Shown in pieces: positions 51,801 to 64,000 of a DNA stretch of 64,000 bases; positions within the stretch are counted from its first letter, which is position 1; the number at the start of each line of letters is the position of its first letter. The position numbers and the translations under genes are program-made. Below the pieces are notes generated by a model that worked only from the letters and a program-made list of their open reading frames with translations, did not search any database and had not been told where the DNA came from. Source of the stretch: Yuukianura sp. NJ FZ-2021. Lineage: Eukaryota. The DNA is taken from assembly GCA_046563655.1 (NCBI GenBank), contig CM102283.1:7130001-7194000 (forward strand), given 5' to 3'.

Positions 51801-54800
51801 AAGTGTTCCAAAAAAAATGATGTTCTGAGAAAGTCTAAAAGTGAAGTTTGATTAAATCTAAACACTGAGGGTCTGCGAAAACTATTTTTTTTTAACAGAC
51901 GGGAGAGACATCCAATTGGAATGCAAAACGAAAGGCTGTGGTGGTGAGTTTAATTTTCACTCCACGTCCCATCTGCTTCGAACAAGTTCCGGAACACTTC
52001 TGAGCGGAAACATAAGCACCAGTATTGCCATACAATATGTTTAATAGGCAGAAATCTTAGATCTAACTTAGCAACATAAATGTAATTACTCATCGTTCGC
52101 AAAAGTCCGTCGACGATCTTAGGGTTCACAAATGTCCGTCCGTAAATGTTCAGTTATTCAAAAGCCGTGGAGAAAACCAGGGAAGACGATCCACCACAGC
52201 CAGGAATGTTTTTGAGCGTATCGGTAGAAACATAAGGTGTGAGAAAATAGAATTTCCTGTCTCAATTTCATGCTCAGTTGTTTTCCTATTACATTGCACG
52301 ACCTACCTTTCTGACGCAAAAAAAGTAGGCTGACTCGGGTAATACGTTTTTTGAAAAACAAAGAACTCTAAAACTCAGATTTGAATTCCTTTAGAGTATA
52401 AAATCAAAACCTGCCCACTCCAAATCCACTCGCTTCATTTTCATGTCCAACTTTCTCCTAAATTCAACCACTATAAAAAACAACACTAAATCAAAAATAT
52501 CACACAAATACAGTTCTGCAAACTGCGTAGCTCCAAAAAAAATTACCTGCTTTTTTTCAAAAGCTGTTCTTTATTTTGTGGACTTGTGCAAAACCTACAC
52601 AAGTACAAACCTAGGTTAACATTTTGGACCTTAGTGTACAGTATGAGAGATGATGAAAGCTGAGTTCTATTTTTAGCCCTCCTACGGTCCACAGTTCTGA
52701 AAAGCAGAAAGATTAATTTATGAGGTGGATTTGAGTTGGCGAAGTAGGGATTTAGTAAGATACGACAAACGAAGGTAATTTGTGCTCTTTTTGGGTGTGT
52801 CTCCATCACAGCTTCATTTCCTACTGAACGACTAACGAGGCTCAAATTAATAGAACAAACCAAAGGGAAGTTAAGGTTTCAGTACGGCAAGAGTCAACGC
52901 CTTGTACTCACTTGGCACATGTCTAAACCTCAACGTAATCAGAGTGGGTACATTCTGTCGACTTCTGCCTCACTGGAACCAAGTAATTAGAAAGCATATT
53001 ATTGTCGACCTGGAGAAAGTCGTCCAAAATCACAGTGTCGAAAATGGCGGTAAATTAAAACTGGCGGTAAAAGCCAAACGGCGCAAAACTCTAAATGGTG
53101 ATAAACTCCGAACAGCGCAAAATTCTAAATGAGACGGTAACAGTAAAATGGTGGTAAAATCCCAACGGCGCAAAACTCTAAATAATTCAAAAGTGAAAAA
53201 ATTCAAAATGAGAAAATGGCGGGTTTAACTTTTTTGTCATTCTGAGATGATATTCAATTCTTTGAGACGAAAGGTAAGGTTAGACGTTAAGTTTGAAGAA
53301 GATGGAAAGGAGCAGCACAGCATTGGATGGGGAGATGAGGTTGTCAAAAGAAAGTGGAGAAGGCTCCGAAAAATTAATTTCACTTGGTAGGATCCCTTTC
53401 AATCAATATGGAAAAGGATCAATAGAAAGTCAAAAGTTCAAAGAAAATTTAAACTTTGACGTCATCCACACGCATGCTCCAACAGCATATCAATCAACTT
53501 CAAACATTCAACATGTTGGACCTAAAAACTTTCCAAAATTTAAAATACGAAATGGAAATTTTGAAATAGCTTGACAGCAATGCGCAGAGCACACTTAAGG
53601 GCGAACTCTTCGAAAATTTTGAATGAGCTTACTGAAATATTTTTTCGAAAAACTGTTTTTTCTTCTAAAAATGACTTTTAACAATAGGTTGTTGACTTTG
53701 TCCGGGATAGTAAAAGATGAAAGCATTTTGCTGGTAAAAGTGTACTTGACTTTTCTACTAACATAGTGCGTTGTTCCTTTTAATCTTCAAAATCTAAAGT
53801 GGAGAAAGCAAATGGATTATTTTGTTTTCTAGGCTCTAAAAACTCATGATTCTGATTACTTTTAGATTGGATTTTGGATTTTGAAGTCACGTACTAACGG
53901 AACTAAATTAGAGAGAGAAAACTTAACTGTACACGAACTTCAATTTAACAAACAACTCAGAGGAACCAAATTTTGATTTTAGTTTAAACTTCTTTCCTTT
54001 CAGGAATGACACTTGAGAGGAAAAAAAAAACTCAAAAAAAATTTCGATTTCAACAAAAGAAGTCCAATTTGGAATTCTCGTTTTCAAAATATTTTTTATA
54101 CGAAAACGTGTGATGATTTGAATAACAAGAATAGCAAAAAAGTTCAAAATTTACGCTCCAGTTTTCATGTACGCCAAAAACATTTTTTTTTGAAAGTTTA
54201 ATTTTTTTTCTGTAAGCTCAACAGGAAATTGCGAAAAGCGTAACGAAGTTGTTTGTAATGCATTAAGGAAATGAAATTACATACAATAATCCAGTGAACC
54301 CATAGCATGTTGACTAAATCAAAATTCTATTTAAATTTTTTTTGTTCGTTTTTGAAAAATTACAGAAATGTTAAAAAAAACTGTATGAATTACAATAAAC
54401 TTTTGTTTTGTAACTTCGCAAGCTAATAAGGCCTTCTTTCTACAAAAGAAAAGATGACGCAAGGAAAGGCACTTCATTAGGACACAAAAAAAGTTGAAAT
54501 TTGAAATTTCCAGTGCCATGAAAAGTAACTTTTGTTTGAGTTGACGTAAGCAGGGGTCCTAGAATTTGTATTTTTGGTTCAATAAAGTCTAGTCTTATGG
54601 TTGGCTGAGGATGGAATCGGATTTTAAGCGCATCTTTCGAATTCAAATTCAGACAAAGTTTTCCAGTCGTAACGCAAAAGGAAATTCTTGTTCTTCCGTT
54701 GTCTCCTTAGGAGGAAAATTATAAACAACAAAATTCCAAAGGAGAAAGTCATTTCCAGTCTTTCACGTTCAAAAACTTTTGTTCTCTCTTGCTCAATCTT

Positions 54801-57800
54801 AATTCAAATTTCTCAACTCAAACTCTTTCTTTCTACTCTTCCTAAAATTTTACATTCCAACTTCCAGAATTCAAAAAGAAGTGGAAAAGTAATTTCCAGT
54901 TTTAGTTCCACTAAACAACATGAATTTGAGTGAAAAAAAGTTACAACTGACAAAAATGTTAACTAAAATGATTTACTTTTCTGTTTGTATAAAATTATCA
55001 TTTGAATAAACAAAATTTCTTCATACAAAATATGAAAAACTTGTAATCGTTTGAAGTTAAACGACGCACACTAACGACTAGTCTGTGATGTTTCATTCCC
55101 GAGAGAACGTTAGTCGAATTTCACAACTAGACTTTTTTGATTTTTCCCGCCAAAATTTGAAATGGAACCACAATAATTTGGAAATTATAACCATGCTCTT
55201 TGATAACCAACAACAAATAAGCAACAAAGTTTACCCTAAAATTCCTCTGCGTAATTTCAACTTAACTACTAATGCTTTGAAAATCTACTGTGTTTGAAAA
55301 TCTGCATAAAAAAGTGAGAGATTTGCTGACTTGATACTAGCAAAAGCAGGGTTGTTTAAATCCAAATTTTGTTTGTTTTTTTCTTAACAGGTGCCCTAAC
55401 TCCTGTTTTACAAAAATTGTTTGTTTTGAATTTTTTGTGCGATTTGCTGACCTCGTGCCATGTAAGTAAATGGGATTGGCCCAAAAGTTGTTTTTTCAAG
55501 TTTTTTTTAATCCGACTTATGGCATAACCTGTTACGGCATTTGTACAAATGGCCGATATCGCAACCTTGAGCAAAAGTAAGTAAAAGATCAGCGAGTTGA
55601 TGACGTCTCAAGGTCAATGACCTGACCTGATGATCACTTGATGCTAACCAAATTTAGTCGGATGAGTTTTGCAGCAATCTGTGGAAAGTCTCTAGGGAAG
55701 TAACTACAAATTGGGTTGCTTTCATCTACTTCTGACTTTGCTGCATATCAAATGTCTCGAGAGTACAATAGGTTGTGGCGTCTTTTAGTGGCTCCACTTT
55801 CCCCACGGGGTTCATTCAAAGTGTAGCAGGAAAGTGGTTCCACTGACAATTCACTTTCTTTCAATTTCTGTCCAAACTTTAACTCTACACAGCCACACTA
55901 GTAGTACTACCAACGTCACATCATTTGAATTCCCACTCCGCAAATCCAGCAAAACCCAAATCCTCGGAAGGTTCCCACGGGAAAATGCGGGGAAAGCGGC
56001 TTAGAACTAAAGGCTTTGTGTATTAGGGCAATTTGTGGATTTTGGAATTAATTTGATGTTTATGATGTAAATTCCATGTGCTGTGGATATAAAGTGCTTA
56101 TGGTGTTGTGCTAACTTTTGAAATTGAAAAACAATTACTAAACTACAAGTGCGGCTAGTGCCTAAAGTAACTAATCTTGACAGACAGAGACAGAAGACAG
56201 TTAAGACAGAGACAGAGAAAGAGAGAAGAAAACCGAATTTCGGTGACGAAATGTCTCACTGAAGGGAGTATGAATAAGGATGGCGGGAAGATCCACCCCT
56301 CGACAGATACCTCGGGTTGAATCCAGCAGGTCCATAGATGCTACCCTTTGACATTTGCGACATCCGACGGTTCGCAATTCCACCAGAAGTACTTGGAGTT
56401 GGACCAGTACCCTGCAAAAAAAAAACAAAATTAGTCAAATTGCTACCCGGGAAATACCAAAATTGTCTGCTCGGTACCCAGGAAATCCCAGAATTAGTTA
56501 ACTCTTAGCTGTACTCAGAAAATGGCGAAACTGTGTACACTCGACGGAGGTACCCAGAAAATTTTAAGTTTATGTTTAGCAGACTCGGTAGCAGTTCGTA
56601 CCACTACCGAGTGCAATTTGCGAATTAGCAAATGCAATTCGGTACTTCTACTAACTAAGAATAACCCTGACTCAACTCCGTATTTTGGGGGAACAAAATG
56701 AAAAATTAGTGAAGATTTTTTTTTTTAAGTAGGTAAAGATTTTCAAAAATTGACGATGAAATCGAGCATCGTAAGTTATCACTCATATGGAATTCTACGA
56801 CCGATTTTGACTGGAAAATTGACTTGGAGGAAGTAACTATTGATTGATGATAAGCGAACTGAAAGCTTAGGCGTCTGTTTTTTTTCCCAGTTTGATTTCC
56901 TGGGATAATTTCCTATTAAGGGAAGCAATCCTTGGACTGATGGAGAGGACTTGGAAGGGCTCTTCTGGTTTTGAAACTAAAAGGAAAGAAGGAAATGGGA
57001 GTTGATGTGAGCGGGAAGTTATAAAATGGACGACGGAAGGCTAGAAGGTGGTCTCATGCGGGAAGTGGTGCTTGATGGAGTCCAGGGATTATCTAACTTC
57101 CAGGGAGCGTCGTTTTCCAGAACTTGTGGTTCCCATAGATTAAGGCGCCCGACCTAGCTGCTTATATTTGGAAAATTTCGCGCCACTAGTTCACTTCCAT
57201 TGTTTCCTGGAGAAGTTTCGTTCAAATGCAAATCAGCATGACAATGTCACCCACGCCTCAGACAGACTTTCCGACCAAACATGATATCTTTTTCTATCGG
57301 AAAGAACAAAGAGACCCAAGAAATTGCAAAAATTGAGACGGCAAAAATAAAAATGCAATTTCCTGTTTTTGCAGTTCCGTAAGTTTCTTGAAGTAAACAA
57401 TTTTGTGAAAAGTATGAAGAGATGATGCGCAACTTTTTTTTTCGTTTAACTTTTGATTCATTCTTGACTTCAAAAAAGCTACGAGAATAACTTTGTAGCG
57501 CATTCCCTGAGTAATACCGCGTTCCTTGTCCTTGCATGCCTCAAATTTCCTATTTTTTGTCCAAGACATTTCTGGAAGGTAGTGAGATGCTGCCATTTTG
57601 GTATTTTTTTTGCTTAGTTCCAAAAGGAATCTTGTTCCTAGAGCAGAAGAATCTTGCTCTTTATTAAATCCTTATGTCTTTCCATGTCTACTTTTGCACA
57701 AAATACAAGGAGAAAGCAAAAGGAAGTTTTGTAAAAGAGAAGCTAATGTTAAACATGGCAACGGAATCACAGGAAAAACTCGAGCTTCCAAAAATTTTCT

Positions 57801-58673
57801 TTAAAAGAATTGCAGGTGAGGTCAGAGCATTATATTTTACAGGACTGTGGAATCATAGAACTTCATTTTAATTTAGATTGAAATTTACTATTTATAATTC
57901 CCTCGTACTTTAATTTTAACTTTCTCTTAATTTTGATTTTCATTCTCGCTTGCTAATTTTGGATCTTCCAGTTCGCGTCTTTCTTTTTGGTTGAACTTCA
58001 AGTTACATTAGTAAACACCAGAAGCACATCAAATATTTAATTTCGACGCTTGTTACGCAACAAAAGTTAGAGAAAAATGAGTTATGAGCTTTTTAATTTT
58101 CTCGTTCAAGTTTTTTAGTTAGAAAAGTGAATGAGCGATACAACAAAACCTACTTGTATGTAGCATCACGTTTTAAGTGGATTTGTGTTACGTCTAATGT
58201 AATTTCAAATTTTCAAAAACAATTTGGAAGATTTGGAAAATAATCCAATTCTAAAAGAATTTAGAAAATTTTGAGCGCAAAAAGACTCTCCTTTAATACT
58301 ACGCAGAGAATAAGATCGATTCCAAGAAAAACAGAAGTACGACAAAGTTAAAGTTTTGGTTACGATAAAGTTAAAGTTTTGGTTTCTTCTATTACGACTT
58401 TCACTTTCACTTTACTGACTCTCAGTCTGCTTTAGCTTACTTTACTTTTGATTCCAAACCTGCCCTAACCTAATCTAAATGAAGTTAGCATAATCCAATC
58501 TTAGCATAAATTCAAGCGACTTTGTGACAATTCAACTAAATTTGAGTAGACAATGACTAAGTTAATTAATCATGTAATTGGCTCACCTCGCTGTCAAAGT
58601 CCGTTCCTTTGTCAACTCCTGTGCTTGGTCCCATTGAAACCCTCTTGATGCTCATATTCATGCTTTGATGCAT
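16982..58673 (-). CDS. rad: Radish-type protein, ~1457 aa: interrupted LIM motif + RRxS-rich region + Rap-GAP + BTB/BACK. Exons 5'->3': 58673-58587, 56411-56260, 44014-43916, 39878-39791, 39102-38954, 38885-38698, 38449-38269, 36238-36076, 35872-35691, 35134-34998, 27398-27310, 25864-25678, 25518-25396, 24867-24785, 22171-21933, 21306-21126, 21017-20733, 20094-19861, 19790-19618, 19558-19482, 18873-18723, 18599-18447, 18220-17944, 17881-17699, 17637-17533, 17461-17222, 17149-16982
   Basis: The 27 exons chain with consistent phases to 4374 nt ending ...[41 protein letters not shown] and the many RRxS sites resemble Drosophila Radish (recognised from memory; needs BLAST). Rap-GAP and BTB motifs are clear. 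The first two coding exons are less certain than the rest; MTAICFVC in exon 44014-43916 may be an alternative start. Confidence 0.88.
19618..22171 (-). other. Rap-GAP domain exons of the radish-type gene
   Basis: [87 protein letters not shown] (catalytic asparagine thumb retained), [16 protein letters not shown]. Confidence 0.95.
49237..49289. repeat. Small ~25-bp tandem duplication (aaaatacccggg...aaggaactg)
   Basis: Two adjacent near-identical copies in a radish intron. Confidence 0.7.
53041..53183. repeat. Degenerate tandem repeat (AACGGCGCAAAACTCTAAATGG-like units), possible MITE remnant
   Basis: Three imperfect copies of aac(g/a)gcgcaaaa(c/t)tctaaat interleaved with aaatgg(c/t)ggtaaa units, inside radish intron 2. 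Confidence 0.6.
58339..58384. repeat. 23-bp tandem duplication (acga(c/t)aaagttaaagttttggtt)
   Basis: Two adjacent copies with one mismatch. Confidence 0.75.
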
Positions 58674-59160
58674 TCTGCCTCTCACTTCCGCCTCGAATAC
58701 GGGCGCTGTGTTAACTTAAGGGCCTAACTTGACTTTAGTCTACTCATGGTTCCTAGGTCACAGAACTTTGTGAAGTTCAAACTTAATGTCGAGTGACCTC
58801 TCGTGACCTGTCTTGTCCTGGGACTGGAGGCAGAAGACGAAGGGTGTCTTGGCGTTGGGTTGTTGGAGGAGAGTAAGCGGCAAGGCAGGGTCTGCTTGTC
58901 GCTTAAGTAAAGATCAACTGGTGGTTGGGAAGGCTAGAAGAGCCCTCGTATCTTCCCTTTCACTCGAGTAATAGTTACTCCATACTCCTCAATAGTTACT
59001 CCCTCCACACTCCAGGCCCACGACTCACCTCCGCCTCCCTCGGCTGAACCTAAGTTTCCTAAAGCCTAGGACTCTTGTAGGCCCAAAACAGAGTCGCCAA
59101 GGCCACGCAACACTTTCACCAACGCCAACTTCACGGCACGTCCGCGGTACATTTAACACA

Positions 59161-59248
59161 ACGCAACTGATTTTAATCAACCACGGTCCAGGCTACATAC
59201 GACGCAACTGATTTTAATCAACCACGGTCCAGGCTACATACAACGCAA
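59161..59248 (-). promoter_or_regulatory. 41-bp tandem duplication containing two TCAGTT initiators; candidate radish core promoter
   Basis: acgcaactgattttaatcaaccacggtccaggctacatac(g/a) occurs twice (59161-59201, 59202-59242). On the - strand each copy has TCAGTT (+1 at 59209 and 59168). GGTTG lies at +28..+32 of the upstream copy (DPE consensus RGWYV). About 500 nt upstream of the ATG at 58673. Confidence 0.55.
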
Positions 59249-62200
59249 TTGCGATATATACAATAACGAAATTGCAAATTGGAGTGTACAGTTAGATTAT
59301 GTTTTTCCGCCCATAATTAAAATCGATTTTCATCGATCTTGATCCTATTCGAAATTCTTTATCAAATTTTGAGAATTTGAATTTACCATAAATGTGGGAC
59401 GGGAAAGTCTAAAACGCTAAAAAAAAATCCTTTTGTAACTTTCAAAAAAAGTATCCAATGAAAGTTAGGGTAACTGTGAAGGTAATACGGTTCGAATTTT
59501 TCATCAAAAATATTTACAACAATAAAAAAGACTGTGATCTTCATGTGGGCGAGTTTGGAATTCAAGTGAAAGTCTATGTAATTAAAGTGGTTTGTATGAG
59601 AAGCACTAAAAGATTGATAAAAACTAAGTGATCAAAATCGATCAAAACTAAAACTCCGATTATTACTAATTCCTTTGATGTCCACTCCCTAGTGACTTTC
59701 ACTGTCCTTTCTTTTTCCAATTGCTTTTCCAGCCTCCCTCGTTTTCCATCCAGTTCCACTTTGATTTCAATTCCACTTTAAGCCTAAAACGTCATCTCCG
59801 ATTTGGAGGAGATTTAAAGTCAGCGCCTTTTTCTCCAACTTTTCTTGTTTTCTCCAGGACAAGACAAGAAACTGTCCTGGAAGATATAACTAAGAGAGGA
59901 AAACCACCTGTGCGCTTGTCCTTGAAGTCTCTCCATCTCTACTATATCGACCACTCTGGAAACAACGTTAGGTTAACCATAGTCCTGGAAGGCTCAGAAT
60001 CCTGGAAGCCTCCAGAAGACCACTCTGGCAAATTAGACTCTCACAAGGCCCCTTTTGTTTTTGTAGGACACTCTCCCCTCCGGCCAGACTTTGTCAAGGC
60101 GACTCACTCTCTACTAAGTCCGCTCTCCAACAAAAAAGCTTCTTTGACAGTTGAATAGAAAATGGGAGAAAGATGAAACTCCAGGGACTCGGAAGGAGAA
60201 AGTTACTTTTTCTGCTGGAAAAAAGTTGATGTTTGTGTTCAAATTGCTTTTTCTGTTTGTGAAATGGACTGTAGAAGACAAATCAAGTCGCACCAGGCTC
60301 TTTCTTAAGTTCTTTCTTGATTAATCGCTGACTGTAGGACGTCAGAGTAACTAGTTGGATGATGAGTTAAGAGCGGAGCGGCTTAGAGCTGGAGAAAACG
60401 AAAAGTAATGAGAAATTAAATCCAAATTTTTTAGTTGAATGAGTTCTCGGAAGAGCTGAAAGTTTGAAAAGCTCGTTTCAACTCTTTTTTTTAAAGTAGA
60501 CTAAAAAATTATACCGAAAGCCCGAATTGCCGGCTTCCTATTTTCATTTTTCTTGAAAACCGTGAACACAATGCTCCATTTTTTTTTGAAAAGCTTAAGT
60601 TCTTGAAATAAAAACATCAGTTGTAACGCGATAGTTACGCAATAGAAGCGTAAGTTACTTCAAAGATTTTATAATACATCGAACCTTGTTTATTCAAAAC
60701 TATAAAAAATGGAAACTTGTGGATAAAATTTCAGTTCGTTTGGTTTGTACTTTCATTACAACTTTTTACAAACTGTCCTCTCACGACGCGTTTTTTTTTC
60801 AGTTGCTCATCCGAGAATCATTTTTTTTTCATTATTTTTTTCTTGTAAAAAAGCACCGGATTTAGGACGTAGACAATTGAAATGACGCAAATTGAAGGAA
60901 CTGCAGGAGTATTATGTTGCCTTGGACGTTTGTTTCTAGTTTGTGACAGAAGGACCCTTTGATCTTCCTTTCACTTTCATAAAAGCAGACAAGAGGAAAG
61001 GGAAACAATGGGTTTGAAGGACTTCAACTTTTCCCGCCAAAAAAAGAGAACGTATTCCTATTGTGTTTTAGAGAGGAAGTGAAAGTACAGCAAGTATTGT
61101 TAAGTCTCAAACATTAAAACCTAATGTATAGAAATCAATGTCTTCTGGTTAGGTGGAACTATTTTCTTTGGTCTTTCGTGAAACTAACGAGGCAGAAGTG
61201 AAAGGCAGCAAGAGAAAAGCTTGCCCTGATTGATTGGATTTCTTGCGGGTGATGGAAAGAAAAAGGAACAATATAAATGAATGTGAACTTTCAGAAATTA
61301 CACAATTTGTCTCCAAATGTGATTGCGGGCTGAAGAGAACAAAAACCGAAAGAAGAAAAGCTTTGAACCACTTTCCCGCGCGGTTTTCCAATTAAAACTT
61401 TCAAAATCCCCCATTTTCTCTGATGATTTAAGCCTTTTACCAAAGAAACTTTTCCTCTACTTTGTCCTAGCTCGGAAAGTTCTCCAAATTTTCCAATTTT
61501 TCAATTTTCATAACCCGAATTCGAAAAAAAATGAACCAAAACTCGTTTGAAATTTTTTTTTTCAAAAATTTCTTTTTGTTAAGTCATCTTTCTCATAAAA
61601 ATATCATTAAAAACGTCTAAAACCTTCAACAAAAAAGTATGTAAAAACACAATTCAAAAGTAATTTTTTGTGTTACATGAGAATAAGGCGGGTTTGACGT
61701 CGGTTCAATAAGGCGGCTGAATAGAATTGCAAATTGGATTTGCAGCACAGAAGCAGCCGAGTAATGAAGATCGTAATTTCATCATCCTAATAATTTCTAT
61801 TCAAATAAGGAGGTCATGAAAAACGTGTGCTGTTTGAATTCCAAATGGAATCTTAGAAATGAGGCTCTTAGTTGCATGAACATAAGTTGAAAATATGGCT
61901 GGCATAAGTCCTTCAGAAGGCCTTTCAGATTTCAGAACTCAATTCCAATCCTCCTTTTCTTGTGGTGAACATGAAAGGTTTCACTTACCTTTTCAGATTC
62001 CTCAAATCTTTAGGTTCTTACGAGAGAAAAAATGAGAAGGTTGGGTGAAAGTTAGGTTGTGTAAGAGTGGTTGAGAAGACGCAACTTTCTCCTTGGCGGC
62101 AAACTACCTTTTCATTCAAAAGTACTCACAGCTCCAACCCTCTCTCTTTTGTCTGTTTTATATTCAAAATGTAACTGCTCAAACCTCTAAAATTCCGTAC

Positions 62201-64000
62201 ATAACCTAGGAACCGTCATCAACAACCGAAAAATTTAAAAGAACTGACAACCGTGAAATTTCAAAGAAAAAAACGGCGAGTATTAAAAACTGAGAACAGC
62301 CAGTACTTTTTAAAAAACGGAGAGCACCGAGTACTATTTAAAAAAAACTCAGGTAAAGTAGCATCCGGAAGGAGAACAAAAGACTTATTCTCATTTTCAA
62401 AACATGACGAAAATCATTTCCAAAATTACAAAAAATGAAAATTCAAAAAAGAAAATAACTACAGCCAACGGGATTTTAGAGATTATAGTCTTCTTATTTT
62501 TTAGTTTTAAGTTTTTAGGGCTTGTTGTTTCTTTGTAAAGCTACGCGTTCCGATGTATGAAAAAATTCAAGCCAAAATTTTCCAAATTAAATTCTGAACT
62601 TCTGCATATTTTTTTCAAAGTTGGTTTTTTCAACTACTTTTTTTTCAAAATTAATTTCCTTCAGAGGCCTGTATGCGGATATTCTTATAAAAGATCAAAA
62701 CTTAATTTCCGGCAAAATTCAAAAAGATGTTGTTCCTTTTAGTTTCGTTGCGTAGCTTCTCAAGTTCAAAATTGAATAACAAAATTTAGTTCAGTAAAAC
62801 GGAAACTGAGAATCTGTTTTGGCAAAACGGAAAACAAAGGAAAATGATTAGAAGACGCTGGAAACTCACAAAATTGATCACTTTGATGACGGAAGATGCG
62901 CGGAAGTTTCAAATTTCAAACAAAAATGAACCTATGGTGCGCATTAAAGTTATGAACGTTTAGGTTTTGACTCAAATACAAACACACCTGCCAGAGGAAC
63001 CAAGAGGATATGAAATGATGTCAAGGACACAAAGGTAAGAGATCGTCACCATGACAACCTCCTCTTCCTGCGTCATCACTTGCGGAACATCCGCCTCCAA
63101 GCTAAAAAGAGGAACTGGGTTGGATCCCATGTAAATCCCAGGCTCTTTTGGCCTTATGCTTTCCCTTTTTCCTTTAACATAGTTTCTGTCTTGTCATCTC
63201 CAGAAAGCACCTCTGATTCAGCCATGCAAAAATGGAAAATTTCACTTTATGAAAAAAAGAGAAAGGACAGGCGGGAAAACACGGTTTGAACCAGGAGAAA
63301 GTGCTGCTTAACGAACGACAAAGCCTATTTTTGTGAACGAGTGAAAAAGCACAAGGTTTCTAACGACGTTTGCAGTCATTTGATAGCTGTGACGCCAAAC
63401 CTCAAAATTTCAGTGTATTTCAATTTCCACGCTCAAAGCTCACATATGAACTTGATATGACGTTGTTCACAAGGTTTCAAATAAACGCGCTCTTTTTTTT
63501 TCGTTCCAAGATTCACTCGTCTCACTTCACCCCAAAAAACGATGAACTCGAAAGTGACAATTTTTTGTTCCGCTATCGACAGATATGGAAGATCTACCTA
63601 ATAAGAATAAGTTTCGCTACCATTTGGTGCACACAACGTAAAAATTTTATTCAACTTCAAACGAAGATATTAAACACCAAAATTTTCAAAATTTTTGAAG
63701 AAAGCAACATTCGAAACAAAAACGATTTTAAACTGGGTCGTATTTGCAAAAATTTCATTTTCTTACTTTTTTGGATTATTTTTGTTTCGTTTTTACTTTT
63801 AAAAAATGACAGCGTTTTAATGGGTTTGAAAAAAAAAAAACTGGTTTAGCATTCCCGCTTTGAATTTTCCACCAAAAAGGCGCGAAAGCTATATAATTCA
63901 CTCTGAGGAATTCAAATTACTGAATCCGTTGAAGCACATCAAATCTACTGTTTCTGGAACAACCTTTCTCTTACTACACTAAAGGCATGTCGAGTTCACT

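Noticed and set aside
2100-57000. Scattered RTGATGA motifs as possible C/D snoRNAs; tRNA-like GxTCGAA fragments
   Set aside because: No properly spaced CTGA box with terminal stem and no cloverleaf could be built by eye.
59161-59248. Direct repeats resembling a CRISPR array
   Set aside because: Only two abutting copies, no spacers, eukaryotic context; a simple tandem duplication.
59574-64000. Long ORFs 59721-60158 and 63370-63849 upstream of radish
   Set aside because: TTG starts, no domain signature or splice chain (63370-63849 is F/K/I/N-biased AT-rich sequence); treated as intergenic.

Overview
AT-rich, intron-containing eukaryotic genomic DNA from an arthropod-type animal. The evidence is short GT-AG introns, TCAGTT initiators and a radish orthologue; the species cannot be determined from this window. 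I reconstructed five spliced genes by hand, checking reading frame across every junction: TMEM18 (+, 825-1767); a Tribbles pseudokinase (+, 6994-9764) with a long uORF-containing leader; a phospholipid scramblase (+, 10929-13314); an orphan four-transmembrane protein (-, 14658-15706); and a 27-exon, ~1457-aa radish-type LIM/RapGAP/BTB-BACK gene (-, 16982-58673) whose introns fill most of the window. The most interesting observations are: a LIM zinc-finger motif split by a ~400-aa insert rich in PKA sites; apparent two-layer integrated-stress-response control of tribbles (ATF4-type CARE/UPRE cluster plus stacked uORFs); tiny radish introns built largely of nuclear-receptor DR1/IR1 elements; two GC-AG introns; a duplicated Inr core promoter; candidate microexon/cassette exons; and a candidate 64-aa membrane microprotein. 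Most ORF-track entries are spurious intronic or antisense ORFs. I found no tRNA, rRNA, CRISPR array or autonomous transposon.
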